In this document: one piece after another, positions 9,731 to 19,220 of the stretch | How the letters are laid out: every line of letters begins with the position of its first letter | How positions within the stretch are numbered: the first letter of the stretch is position 1 | NCBI GenBank assembly: GCA_963816145.1 | Contig: CAWFJP010000029.1 | Coordinates: forward strand, 160,001 to 224,000 | DNA from: an uncultured delta proteobacterium | GTDB lineage: Bacteria; Desulfobacterota; Binatia; UBA9968 | Length of the DNA: 64,000 bases | Direction of reading: 5' to 3' | Translations under genes and position numbers: made by a program | Notes under the pieces: model-generated | What the model was told of the DNA's origin: nothing | The model's input: only the letters and a program-made list of their open reading frames with translations | Database searches by the model: none

Positions 9731-10776
9731 CTAGGGAACGGTGCCCCATAGATCCTTTAGGAATCCGCTTTTGATAAGGTTGTCGGTGAAGCTGTTGTCA
9801 TAAAGCTCTTCCGGTTTGCGCCGCAGCTGCGGCACTTCTTCGCGCGCCATCTCGACGGCGTCGGCTACGGTTTTACCGGGCACCGTCATGCGCCGATTGA
9901 CCAACCTGCGGGCGTAGGCTTGATAGGCGGATTGGAGCACTTCCGGGTCGTTGATGGCGAGCGCTTTGCCGAGGCTTTGGCTCGCTTTCTCGGGATTTTT
10001 TTCGACGAAATAAATCGTTTCGCTCATCGCCGCGACAAAACGTTGAACCAACTGCGGGCGCTCTTTGATGGTTTTCAAATTGGTCAGGATCGAGCTGTAG
10101 ATCGACGGCACATCGAGCTCTTGGAGATTGAAAATCAACTGAAAGCCGTCACGCTTGGCGCGCACGTCCAGGGGTGGTGTTACCAGCACCGCGTCCGCCA
10201 GCCCTTGGAGGAGCGCGTTGTACGGTTCCAACTGTCCGGTGCCGCCGATGTGCAGAAGTTTTACGTCCTGGGTTGTCAGGTTATGTTTTTTCAGTACGGC
10301 CTTGGCGAGATGATCGGTTAAGCCCCCGGGTCGGGATACAGGTATAGTTTTGCCTTTGAGATCGCTCGGCCGCTTGATTTCGCTTCGCCCCATCAAGACC
10401 CAAGGCAAGCCGACGATCAATGAACTGACGATCTTCGCCTCGGCGCCGGCAGCCATGCGCGGAATCTGCGGGTCGGCGGAGCAATACAAAAACTGAATGC
10501 CGTCTGTGACCAGTGCTGTAATCGTCACCGCACCGCCGCGCAGCGTGACATTCTCGACTTTGATGCCGTACTTCTCGAATAATCCGTTGGCGAGCGCGGC
10601 ATAGAGGTGAATGAAGCCGCCTGAAGTGCCGCAGGTGCCGACGCGGATGTTGATCGGCGCTTCGCCTGGCTTGGGCAGGTAGGGATTGGCGGAAGATGGG
10701 TGAGGAGTGAGGAGTGAGAGAGTTAGGAGTAAGAAGACAAGCGAGCAACAGATCGAGTTCCTTTGGATCCGAACGA
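9731..10776 (-). CDS. ABC transporter substrate-binding protein (NMT1/SsuA-like); start codon uncertain
   Basis: GLFEKYGI, DLKGKTI, SGFLKDLW; a signal-like segment lies directly next to a repeat cluster and has no nearby ATG/GTG/TTG. Confidence 0.8.
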
Positions 10777-10777
10777 T

Positions 10778-11030
10778 CCTTCCCCCTCGACAGACTGTGT
10801 CGCAACTGTCATTTCGAGGTGAAGCCGAGAAATCTCTTCTTCGTATGTGGCTGAAAAGACGAGATCCCTCGCTGCGCTCGGGATGACAGATGCGGGGCAT
10901 TTGCGCATTACGACACAGCCTCCGACGGGGGAAGGTTAGGATGGGGGTGCCCGGATTTAGAAATTGCTGATCAGTCGCGAAAATACGACTATTCACCCCC
11001 ACTCTAGCTCTCCCCCGTCGAGGGGGAGAG
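10778..11030. repeat. Doublet of CCCCC-TCGAC-GGGGG hairpin repeats; left copy interrupted by a MITE
   Basis: ccttccccctcga|...|cgacgggggaaggttaggatgggggtg ... cacccccactctagctctcccccgtcgagggggagag. Confidence 0.75.
10791..10922. mobile_element. 132-bp MITE with 15-bp imperfect TIRs and CGA target duplication, carrying a TGTC-REP doublet
   Basis: cagactgtgtcgcaa ... ttacgacacagcctc; cga at 10788-10790 and 10923-10925. Confidence 0.75.
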
Positions 11031-11100
11031 AATCGCAAAAAGCGGGGGAGCCGCGCGCAGTTAACAGGCGATCGGGTCATTGGAATGTTCGTTGTGGGCC

Positions 11101-12327
11101 TCATCCCCAGGGACCCAGGAAAGGTTCGCCGGCGTAGGCGTCGGAGTTGGCGTCCAAGGTTGCCGGCCATTCGCTCATGGGCTTCGCTTGGCGCAATTCT
11201 TTGGGGCGCGGTTTGCCGTCCCAGCCGATCTGCTCCATGGCGCAGTAGAGTTGGATCAAATGGCCGTCAGGGTCGCGCAGGTAGGCGCCGTGATCGATGC
11301 CGGGATGAAGCTCTAGCGGCAGAGCGTCATTGGCTTGGTAGCCGTTGTTGGTGAAATATTGCACCGCCTCTTTGAGCTGGCGGAAGTTAGCGAGTTGCAG
11401 CCCCAACGCGGCGCATTTGCTGTGTTCACTTAGGCCGAGCGCTCGACGCGCCGCCAGGGGCAATAGCGCCAGCGAGTGGTGCTCGGTGTTGCAGCGGAAG
11501 AATAAACAGCGATGGCCCTGCCAGGTCGCTTCCTCGGTGAACGTAAAACCCATGCGCTGGCGGTAAAAAGTCTCCGCGGCGGCCATGTCCTCGGTAAACA
11601 AATAGACCGGCCCCAGGCGGACGATCTTGAACGGGCGCGGCAGGGCGATGCCGTCGACATCGTAGCCGGCCGTTAAATCGTCGACATGGCGATAGCCGCT
11701 GGTGAGATCGATGCCGGCGGCGCGGGCGCGCTCGACCTCCTCGAACTCCGATATCTGCGGCAATTGCGGGGGCCGGTCGAAGGCGCGGTCGTACATGCTG
11801 CGCGGTTTGCTGTGGCCGTTCCAGCCGATTTGCTCGATGCCGTAGTAAAGCTCGTTGCTCTGGCCGTCGGGATCGAGCAGGTAGGTATGCCAATTGGAGC
11901 CCGGCATGTCGCGGCCGGAGCGCTGCTGTTTGATGCCATTGGCGTCGAACCATTTGATGGCGTTGCTCACTTCACTCATGCTGCCGACCTGCCAGGTGAT
12001 TTGATTCACCGTCACGCCGGGCGCCTCGGCGCGTCCGAGCGCGTCGCGCACGCGCTTGGGAAACAGCACCATGGAATGATGGTCGGTGCCGTAACGGGTG
12101 AAGTAGCCGTTCGGATCGCCCAATCCGGCGACTTGTTCCGGGCTCTTGGCACGTTTGGAATAGTCCATCACGTCGGAAACCTTGAAGCCCAATAAATCGA
12201 CGTAGAAGTGCCGGCCTTCTTCCATATTCGTCATATTGAAACCGAAATGTCCGAGCCGGCGAATCCTGAATGGCCGGTCGAGCACGACGCCGCCGACATT
12301 GAATTTCTCGAATTTCTCCTCTGCCAT
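11101..12327 (-). CDS. Two-module VOC family protein (extradiol dioxygenase-like)
   Basis: RLGHFG, DHHS, YLLDPDG..NELYY repeated as RLGPVY, EHHS, YLRDPDGHLIQLY. Confidence 0.85.
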   Translation of the reverse strand: MAEEKFEKFNVGGVVLDRPFRIRRLGHFGFNMTNMEEGRHFYVDLLGFKVSDVMDYSKRAKSPEQVAGLGDPNGYFTRYGTDHHSMVLFPKRVRDALGRAEAPGVTVNQITWQVGSMSEVSNAIKWFDANGIKQQRSGRDMPGSNWHTYLLDPDGQSNELYYGIEQIGWNGHSKPRSMYDRAFDRPPQLPQISEFEEVERARAAGIDLTSGYRHVDDLTAGYDVDGIALPRPFKIVRLGPVYLFTEDMAAAETFYRQRMGFTFTEEATWQGHRCLFFRCNTEHHSLALLPLAARRALGLSEHSKCAALGLQLANFRQLKEAVQYFTNNGYQANDALPLELHPGIDHGAYLRDPDGHLIQLYCAMEQIGWDGKPRPKELRQAKPMSEWPATLDANSDAYAGEPFLGPWG

Positions 12328-12467
12328 GCGCTGCCTCCGTAAAATCTCCGGTCCTCTCTATACAATCTTTCGTTTGCGCCTACAACGTGAATCGCCGCGA
12401 AAGCCTGGGCTGTAGTTCAGTTCGGAAGGGTCCCTCGTGTCCTCCGTGATTTTGGCTACTTTAGATT

Positions 12468-12494
12468 TGTCATTTCGAGCGAAGCGAGAAATCT
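12468..12494 (+). repeat. TGTC-type REP singlet
   Basis: tgtcatttcgagcgaagcgagaaatct. Confidence 0.75.
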
Positions 12495-12637
12495 ATTCGA
12501 CTCACTGCCTCGGGTCGAATTCAAAGCTGAACCGCCCGAAAAATTCAACTTGCAAGCGGCCAGGCGTTGGAATATCAATAGGCTGCACATTAAAGTTTAT
12601 CGGCCCGACAACTGATAATCATCCCAGGAGGTTCACA

Positions 12638-13495
12638 ATGGCTTTACAGGAAATGCATACTGGCGGCAAAATATCTTGGCCAGGCGATGCTCGGATCGCG
12701 GTCTTACTGAGCTTCGACTTCCAAGGCGGCGAAGATGTCCGGCCGGATAAGAACGGCAAGATGAACCATGAAGAATACACCCAGGCCGAATACGGCCCGA
12801 ACACCGGGATCTGGCGCATACTCCGTATTCTCGCCTCCCACGAGGTGAAGGCGACTTTTCTCACCTGCGGCGGTATCGCCGAACGCTATCCTGAAGCAGT
12901 GGCGGCGATTGTCGCCGCTGGTCATGAGGTGGCGGGCCACGGCTATCATCACGAAGTGGCGCGCGATCTCTCCCGCGACGAAGAGCGTGATGTCATGAAG
13001 CGAACCACGGATATGATCCTCAACCGGGCGCAGAAGCGGCCGGTGGGTTGGCGCTCCTGCACCCAGAGTCCCAATAGCATCGAACTGTTGATGGAGCAGG
13101 GCTATTTGTGGAACAGCAATTCGTTCTCCCACGATCTGCCGTTTGTTTGGCAAAACGGCAAGAAAAAACTCGTCGAGCTGCCGCGCCAGCCCTTTGGCGA
13201 CGGACGCGCTTATGGCCATCGCGATTCAGGCAATCCCAACGACACCCTGGCGATCTGGAAAGGGATGTTCGATCAGTTCTACGAAGAATCGAGCCTGGCG
13301 CCGACGTTCTGTCCGTTCCAGTTTCATCCGTATATCTCGAGCCGTCCGGGCCGCGCCAAAACTCTGTCCGATATCATCGGCCACATGAAGTCGCAGAAAG
13401 GCGTGTGGTTTGCCACCGGGAGTGAAATCGCCCACTGGTGGCTGGAGAAGGGATTCTCGGCCGAGGTCAATGCGAAAATCTCGAAGGTGGCGTGA
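12638..13495 (+). CDS. Polysaccharide deacetylase family (PuuE/allantoinase-like)
   Basis: WPGDARIAV, EYG..TGIWRIL, GHEVAGHGYHH, PVGWR, FHPYISSRPGR; RBS aggagg. Confidence 0.85.
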   Translation: MALQEMHTGGKISWPGDARIAVLLSFDFQGGEDVRPDKNGKMNHEEYTQAEYGPNTGIWRILRILASHEVKATFLTCGGIAERYPEAVAAIVAAGHEVAGHGYHHEVARDLSRDEERDVMKRTTDMILNRAQKRPVGWRSCTQSPNSIELLMEQGYLWNSNSFSHDLPFVWQNGKKKLVELPRQPFGDGRAYGHRDSGNPNDTLAIWKGMFDQFYEESSLAPTFCPFQFHPYISSRPGRAKTLSDIIGHMKSQKGVWFATGSEIAHWWLEKGFSAEVNAKISKVA

Positions 13496-13505
13496 GGAAA
13501 ATGAC

Positions 13506-13535
13506 CGTAGGGGCGCAGCCTGCTGCGCCCCTACG
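13506..13535. repeat. GTAG-type REP palindrome between convergent genes
   Basis: cgtaggggcgcagc-ct-gctgcgcccctacg. Confidence 0.8.
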
Positions 13536-13537
13536 AC

Positions 13538-14074
13538 TTATGATTTGAACCAGTAGCGGATTTTCTTGCGCAATCCGCGGCCCATTCTTTTTTTCAACTC
13601 AAACCAGACCCGCAAAAACCAGTTGCGCGACGACCAGGCGAAGGACGTCGAGGTCGTGATCCACTGGTGGTTGAATTCAAACTCGGCTTTGAATTTTCTC
13701 AGTTGCAGGGTCTTGCCGAACTTGCGTTTGAAGATCGCTTTGACGCTGACGGCGTTGCGCGACTCGACGAACACGGTGATGGTCTCGACGGGGAGCAGGG
13801 AGCGGATGCGGCTGATCTTTTGCGCCAGGCCGACCTCGTTGTTGGCGCTGACTTCAACGATGTTGCCGATCAATTCCGGGTCGTTGAGGGCTTGGTCGAC
13901 GATTTCCCGGCGCAGTTTGATTTCCTGCCCGTGATCGGTGTCATAGCCGGCCAAGACCAAATAGGTCTTGTGCTTGGTTGTCTGCATGGACTTCTGCCAC
14001 CAGTCGAGGGATCGCTCCAAAGAGGATCGCGAAGCCTGCGATAGGCGGGTGGGGTCCAGTACGCCGTAGGGCAT
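13538..14074 (-). CDS. Hypothetical protein (start uncertain)
   Basis: 178-aa ORF with host-like GC3 bias. Confidence 0.7.
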   Translation of the reverse strand: MPYGVLDPTRLSQASRSSLERSLDWWQKSMQTTKHKTYLVLAGYDTDHGQEIKLRREIVDQALNDPELIGNIVEVSANNEVGLAQKISRIRSLLPVETITVFVESRNAVSVKAIFKRKFGKTLQLRKFKAEFEFNHQWITTSTSFAWSSRNWFLRVWFELKKRMGRGLRKKIRYWFKS

Positions 14075-14137
14075 GGCGACGATAACAATGGAAATGGTGC
14101 GGCGCTCCTTTGCTGTGAACCAAGAAGAAATCTTGCT

Positions 14138-14761
14138 CTAAGGTTGGAAAATCATGACGTCGACCGGTTTGCCGCCGACAGCGAGATCCGGACAGGCGCT
14201 CAAGGCAACCAAGAGATCCATCTCGGCACGCAGATCCATGTAGTTGCCCTCTGGCGGACGTACCTGGGTATGCTCCATCTTGCCGGTCTTGCCGTCGATG
14301 ATCATATGCTGGTTCAAGTTGAACGGGCTGGGAATATCTTCGGGAATGATGCCGTAGGATGCCACCGCCTTGGACAAATTCTCATAACAGCCGTGATCGG
14401 GGATTTCCTTGATTTCGCGCGGATAATATTCGCCCAGGCGGTTTTCCTGCTGGGCTAGCTTGAAGCGGTAGCCGCTGCACATGCCTTTTTGCAAGTCGTG
14501 GGTGCCGACTTTGTTGCCGTCGTAGACGATCGTCATCATATGCTGATTGTTGCGTCCCATGAGCTTGTCGCCGGCGCTGATGAACAGTTTCATGTTGTAG
14601 ACCTTGGTGCGAGGCTGGTCGAAGCGCTCGATCAGATTTTGCAGTTTGAAGAAAACAAAATCCACCGTGGTGGTCGCGGTGATGCGGATGATCTGGTTTT
14701 GCTTCATCTCCGCCGACCAGCCGGTGTTATAGGGCACATGGTTCTGCAGAATCGTTTTCAT
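14138..14761 (-). CDS. Urea carboxylase-associated family protein (DUF1989), paralog of 577-1215
   Basis: ERFDQPRTK, HDLQKGMCS, HGCYENL, RAEMDLLVALSACP; RBS gaggag. Confidence 0.85.
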   Translation of the reverse strand: MKTILQNHVPYNTGWSAEMKQNQIIRITATTTVDFVFFKLQNLIERFDQPRTKVYNMKLFISAGDKLMGRNNQHMMTIVYDGNKVGTHDLQKGMCSGYRFKLAQQENRLGEYYPREIKEIPDHGCYENLSKAVASYGIIPEDIPSPFNLNQHMIIDGKTGKMEHTQVRPPEGNYMDLRAEMDLLVALSACPDLAVGGKPVDVMIFQP

Positions 14762-14787
14762 TCTTGGAATTCTCCTCAATCGACGAA

Positions 14788-15825
14788 TTACCGGGATTTG
14801 TAAAGCGCGTCGACGAAGCCGCTGCTGACCAAGTCGCGGATGAAGCGTGAGTCGGCAAAGCGCTGCGGCGTGGTGCCGGGCGGAATTGCGCGCGACGCCG
14901 ACAGTTCTTCGATGATCGTTTGAATGGCCGCTGGCGTCGCCTCGGGCGCGCGCTTGAAATATTTGGACGCGTAAATCTCGTAGATTTTTTCCGTGGCGGC
15001 CGTGGTCTTTTGCTTGGTATATTTCTCCAATACCGCCAACGCCGCGGTCTTGTCGGATTTGAACCGATGAATGCCTTCGACATAAGCTTTCATGAAGCGT
15101 GTCACCAGGTCGGGCTGGCTTTTCAGAAACGTTTGGCGCGCCGCGAACGGACCGAAGGGATAGACCAAGCCGGAAGTCGACACATCGGCGAGGCGCACCA
15201 AGCCGCCGGCTTCGGCGCTGATGGTCTCCGGTCCGGTTGAAAGCACGCCGCTTTGCACCGAGCCGCCTCTGATCGCCGCGAAAATTTGCGGTCCGGAACC
15301 GGTTTGAAAAATCGCCACGTCTTTGTCCGGTTGCAAGTTCCATTTCTTCAGCAGATAGCGGGCGACGAAATCGGTGGTCGCGCCGATGCGGCTGACGCCG
15401 AGTTTTGTGCCTTTGAGCTGCTCCGGAGTCTTGATGCTCGGCGTGGACCACAGTTCGAATGGCAAGGAGTCGATGGTCGCGCCAAGCAGGACTACGTCCG
15501 AGCCTTGCAGATTGGCGGCCACCGTGGCGCCGCCGGCGGTAAACGAGATCGCCACGTCGCCGGCGATGAGCGCTTGCAGAGATGGCGGTCCGCCAGCGAT
15601 GTAAATGAACTCCGGCTCGATGTTGTATTTTTTGAAAATGCCGGCTTCCTTGGTCAGCCACAGCGGTCCGTAGACGACCGCGATCGAAGTGTAGGCGATG
15701 CGTAAGGTTTCGGCGCGAAGCGGCCCCGCGCACACGAGGCCTATCAGCACTGTCAAGCCTAATGCCCGGAGGGCGCGGCTGCTGCGGCTTTTCGTGGTTT
15801 TCGCTAGTCCGTTAGCCGCTTTCAT
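14788..15825 (-). CDS. ABC transporter substrate-binding protein (NMT1/SsuA-like)
   Basis: Signal peptide; GIFKKYNI, LKGTKLGVSRIG, SGFVDALY. Confidence 0.9.
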   Translation of the reverse strand: MKAANGLAKTTKSRSSRALRALGLTVLIGLVCAGPLRAETLRIAYTSIAVVYGPLWLTKEAGIFKKYNIEPEFIYIAGGPPSLQALIAGDVAISFTAGGATVAANLQGSDVVLLGATIDSLPFELWSTPSIKTPEQLKGTKLGVSRIGATTDFVARYLLKKWNLQPDKDVAIFQTGSGPQIFAAIRGGSVQSGVLSTGPETISAEAGGLVRLADVSTSGLVYPFGPFAARQTFLKSQPDLVTRFMKAYVEGIHRFKSDKTAALAVLEKYTKQKTTAATEKIYEIYASKYFKRAPEATPAAIQTIIEELSASRAIPPGTTPQRFADSRFIRDLVSSGFVDALYKSR

Positions 15826-16019
15826 TGACAAATCTGTAGGTTAGATCACCAAGCCTGTCAAGTTAGGCACATGTTAATCTTGCGGGCTCTTTTGACCGTT
15901 CAGCGACTTGAAATATTGAAGGTTTCCATGCGCGCCCTCGTCCAAGTAAACCTTTCTCGGACCTGGTCGTCCAACTCGATACGACGCCTAATAAGGAAAA
16001 ATCAAAAAGGAGACTGACA

Positions 16020-16427
16020 ATGAAAAAGGCAATCGTAATCGGCTTGAGTATTCTGGCTCTTGGCAGCGCGTTTCCAGCGATGGCGCACGAGTCCTTCGAC
16101 AGGCGGGGAGATCGCATCGATGCGCGGTTCGATGCCAGAGGCGATCGAATCAACGATCGGCTCGACGCCCGCGGTGATCGTATCAATGACCGGCTCGATG
16201 CTTTAGCGGCGAAGGCGCGAGCTGAAGGCAAGTTTGGACTGGCGAATTATTTGGACCGCAAAGGCGATTTCATTGAAGAGCGTCTCGATCGCCGTGGTGA
16301 TTGGATCGAGCAGCGTCTCGACAATCGCGGTGATCGCTTCGAAAACCGCTTTGACCGGCTTGGCGACCGAATCAATAACCGGTCCGATGATATCGGCAAC
16401 CATCGCCGCCCTTGGTATCGCAACTAA
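16020..16427 (+). CDS. Secreted protein with 11-residue (D/N)xRGDRI repeats
   Basis: Signal peptide MKKAIVIG...AMA, RBS aaggag, 33-nt period repeats. Confidence 0.8.
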   Translation: MKKAIVIGLSILALGSAFPAMAHESFDRRGDRIDARFDARGDRINDRLDARGDRINDRLDALAAKARAEGKFGLANYLDRKGDFIEERLDRRGDWIEQRLDNRGDRFENRFDRLGDRINNRSDDIGNHRRPWYRN

Positions 16428-16456
16428 ACTTTGACGAAATCACCCGAACGAATCGA

Positions 16457-16483
16457 GTTCACTTCCTCTTCGAGGAAGTGAAC
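16457..16483. terminator. Hairpin between convergent genes
   Basis: gttcacttcctc-ttc-gaggaagtgaac. Confidence 0.65.
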
Positions 16484-16513
16484 CGGTTCTCATTCATTAT
16501 TGCGCAACGCCGT

Positions 16514-17776
16514 CTAACCGTGAAAGTACTCCTTGAATCCCGTCACCATCAGATTCGCCAATCCTTCGTTGTAGCTTTCGACATGCCCGTAGTGGGTTAA
16601 ATTCGGAACCATAATCAAGCGCAAGGAGTCGGCGTAGGGTTTGAAGCGTTTAAAGGCGTAGACCTCGCGGCGAAACTCCAATCCTTTTTCGCCGCCCTCG
16701 ATCCAATGACCCTTGTCGAACTCGCCGACGATGTGCAGTAGTTTTTTGCCGCGCAGCCGTTCAAGTTGTGACTTGTAGGTAATGAAGAGCTCATCGTCCG
16801 GCAGTCCGGAGACCTTTTTGATCTCGGGAATCAAGACATCATGGGCGCTATGCTCGATATCTTGCAGAAAGGGTTTGAACTGCGGTCGGCGGTGGTTTTC
16901 CAACTCGAACCATGTTTCGACGCTGCCCCAGGGCTGGTTTGGCCCGACGTAGCCGCTCTTGGCATAGCCTTTGGGCGAGCGCCGGCTCAGGTCGGTCAAG
17001 TTGCGAAATTGCGCGGCGCGTTCCTCGGGCGATTTTTCAGCGCAGGCGAGATCCCATTCCTTGCGCACCCAGGCCGGCATGCCGGTGCCGAAGCCGAGGC
17101 CGCCGATCAGTTTGTTCTTGAGGCCGTATTGCTCCATCAAATAAAAATACTCGCCACCGGTGGAGTGGCCCCACATGAAGATCGACTCTTTCAGACTCTT
17201 CTCGACCAGAGCTTTGATCGCTTCGGTGCACATCCTAAAAGTGTAGACCGCCAGACGGTTGCGCAGCTCGTTGTCGCCGGGGAATTGGCCGAGGATGAAC
17301 TCCGGGCGCCGTTCGGCAATCGGCGCCCAAGGCTTTGCGCTGTAGTGGCCGGGCAGCGAGATCGCCAGCACTGGAATGCCCAACGATGCGATATGCTGCG
17401 CTACGCCGACGCGCGCTTTCTTCGCGTCGGTTTTGCTCAGGTCGGGATAAGCTTCCGGGCCGTCGGGGGTAAATATAAATTCATACTCGTTGGCGGCGCC
17501 GCCGTGGATCATGACGACCGCTGTGTCCGGGATTGAAATTTTCGCTGGAGTGAACAAGCGACCATGGATATCCCATTGAAATAGTTCGCCGGGTTTTTCC
17601 GGATTCGGATAGCGGTGGATGGATTCTTGGACCTCTCGGACCGTAACGGCGGTACGCGCAAATGGATCGGGAAATGCTTTGTAGTCGTCGAACGACATAT
17701 AGAAAATGAAATCGTCCTTCAGTCCCGCGCCTGATCGTAGCGCTGCGACAACTTTGTTCATTGATTCTTGACTCAT
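16514..17776 (-). CDS. Hypothetical alpha/beta hydrolase-fold protein
   Basis: IHGG, LPGH, GHSTGG nucleophile elbow, GEFD, THYGH. Confidence 0.75.
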   Translation of the reverse strand: MSQESMNKVVAALRSGAGLKDDFIFYMSFDDYKAFPDPFARTAVTVREVQESIHRYPNPEKPGELFQWDIHGRLFTPAKISIPDTAVVMIHGGAANEYEFIFTPDGPEAYPDLSKTDAKKARVGVAQHIASLGIPVLAISLPGHYSAKPWAPIAERRPEFILGQFPGDNELRNRLAVYTFRMCTEAIKALVEKSLKESIFMWGHSTGGEYFYLMEQYGLKNKLIGGLGFGTGMPAWVRKEWDLACAEKSPEERAAQFRNLTDLSRRSPKGYAKSGYVGPNQPWGSVETWFELENHRRPQFKPFLQDIEHSAHDVLIPEIKKVSGLPDDELFITYKSQLERLRGKKLLHIVGEFDKGHWIEGGEKGLEFRREVYAFKRFKPYADSLRLIMVPNLTHYGHVESYNEGLANLMVTGFKEYFHG

Positions 17777-17903
17777 CGGTAATGCTCCCAATCGCAAGAT
17801 ACGTGACCTTACAACTTATGTTTGCACGGATTCGAGTTGTCAACCGATTTGCTAAGGTGGTCGTGGTTCAGTTTGAGTCGGGCGGACGTTTTCAGCCTGA
17901 AAA

Positions 17904-17972
17904 AGATTTCTCGCTTCGCTCGAAATGACAGCAGAATAGTCGCCTTGTCATCTCGAACGAAGTGAGAGATCT
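17904..17972. repeat. TGTC-type REP doublet
   Basis: agatttctcgcttcgctcgaaatgaca ... tgtcatctcgaacgaagtgagagatct. Confidence 0.85.
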
Positions 17973-18058
17973 CTATCTAACTGAAACGCTACCGCTAGGG
18001 TTGATGCCGCGGGCGATTACGGTTAAAAAAGCACAGACATCCTTCAGGAGGCAGTGCA

Positions 18059-19159
18059 ATGGCAGAAGCAGTGAATCGTCCTTCCTATCAAGCGGTCGAC
18101 AGCAGGGTCGAGATCATGGATACGCCGTACGATCGCTGGATCGCGTCCCAAGGGATCGATATCGTGCGCGGTTTTTTCGTCGAGGATCTCTACACGACGC
18201 CGCTCAAATGGTGGGATCGCATCGGTGGCAACGGTGTCTGCATCATGCTCGACGGCGCCGGCTATATGGACGACGCTTATGTCATCGGCATCTCGCCCGG
18301 GAAAAGCCTCAACCCGCAGCGACATATTTACGAAGCGCTGGTCTACGTGCTGGCCGGCCGCGGCGCGACCACGGTCTGGCAGGAAAATGGCGCCAAGCAA
18401 ACCTTCGAGTGGCAAACCGGCAGCTTGTTCGCCGTGCCGCTCAACGCCTGGTATCAGCATTTCAACGGCCAGGGCGATCAGGAGGCGCGGCTGTTGTCGG
18501 TGACCACGGCGCCGCTGATTTTCAATCTTTTCCGCAACGCGGATTTCGTCACCAACTGTCCTTATTCATTCACCGAGCGGTTCAAGGGCGAGGACGGCTT
18601 CTTTACCGGCGGCGGCAAGCTCTACAGCGATCGGGTGGTCGAAACCAACTTCGTCGCCGATGTCGTCAATATCGAGCCGGTGGAGTGGAGCGAGCGCGGC
18701 AAAGGCAACGCGACGATCTTTTTCGAAATGTCCGAGAGCATGATGGGTTCTCATGTGTCGCGCTTTCCCGTCGGTCTTTACAAAAAAGCCCACCGCCATG
18801 GACCGGGCGCCCATGTCTTTATCCTGACCGGCAAGGGTTATTCATTGCTTTGGCCCGAGGGCAAGGAGATGACGCGGGTCGACTGGAAACCCGGTTCCAT
18901 CGTCGTGCCGCCGGAGGGCTGGTTCCATCAGCATTTCAACTCTGGCGCCGAACCGTCGCGCTACCTGGCGCTAAAAATCCTCAGCCGCAAATTCAAACTG
19001 CAGCCCGGCAAGATTCAATCCGACGTGCCACTGGCCTACGGCGGCTGGCAGATCGAGTACGAAGACGAAGATCCGATCATCCGCCAGACTTTCGAGGAGG
19101 AGTGCGCCAAATCGGGCGCCGAGGTGCGAATGCCGAAGTTTGCCAAAGCCGCCAATTGA
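18059..19159 (+). CDS. Bicupin protein (gentisate dioxygenase-like fold)
   Basis: Two cupin motifs: QRHIYE...WYQHFN and AHRHGPG...WFHQHFN. Confidence 0.85.
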   Translation: MAEAVNRPSYQAVDSRVEIMDTPYDRWIASQGIDIVRGFFVEDLYTTPLKWWDRIGGNGVCIMLDGAGYMDDAYVIGISPGKSLNPQRHIYEALVYVLAGRGATTVWQENGAKQTFEWQTGSLFAVPLNAWYQHFNGQGDQEARLLSVTTAPLIFNLFRNADFVTNCPYSFTERFKGEDGFFTGGGKLYSDRVVETNFVADVVNIEPVEWSERGKGNATIFFEMSESMMGSHVSRFPVGLYKKAHRHGPGAHVFILTGKGYSLLWPEGKEMTRVDWKPGSIVVPPEGWFHQHFNSGAEPSRYLALKILSRKFKLQPGKIQSDVPLAYGGWQIEYEDEDPIIRQTFEEECAKSGAEVRMPKFAKAAN

Positions 19160-19220
19160 CAAGCGTATGGGGCTTTTCTAATAATATCCTGTACATCGTT
19201 GATAAATTAAGGAGAAATTC

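Noticed and set aside
9731-11170. 479-aa extended SBP
   Set aside because: The extension is translated repeat DNA (CHPERSEGS etc.) and overlaps the VOC gene.
14138-15733. 531-aa ORF as a single gene
   Set aside because: The upstream part is an alternate frame of the SBP gene; the real start is 14761 with an RBS.
15861-15867. GTTAGGC core before the repeat-protein gene as a cassette boundary
   Set aside because: No matching RYYYAAC/attC structure after the gene.
540-15900. Guanidine riboswitch with the DUF1989 genes
   Set aside because: No ykkC/mini-ykkC pattern seen upstream of either unit, and no urea/guanidine carboxylase in the window.
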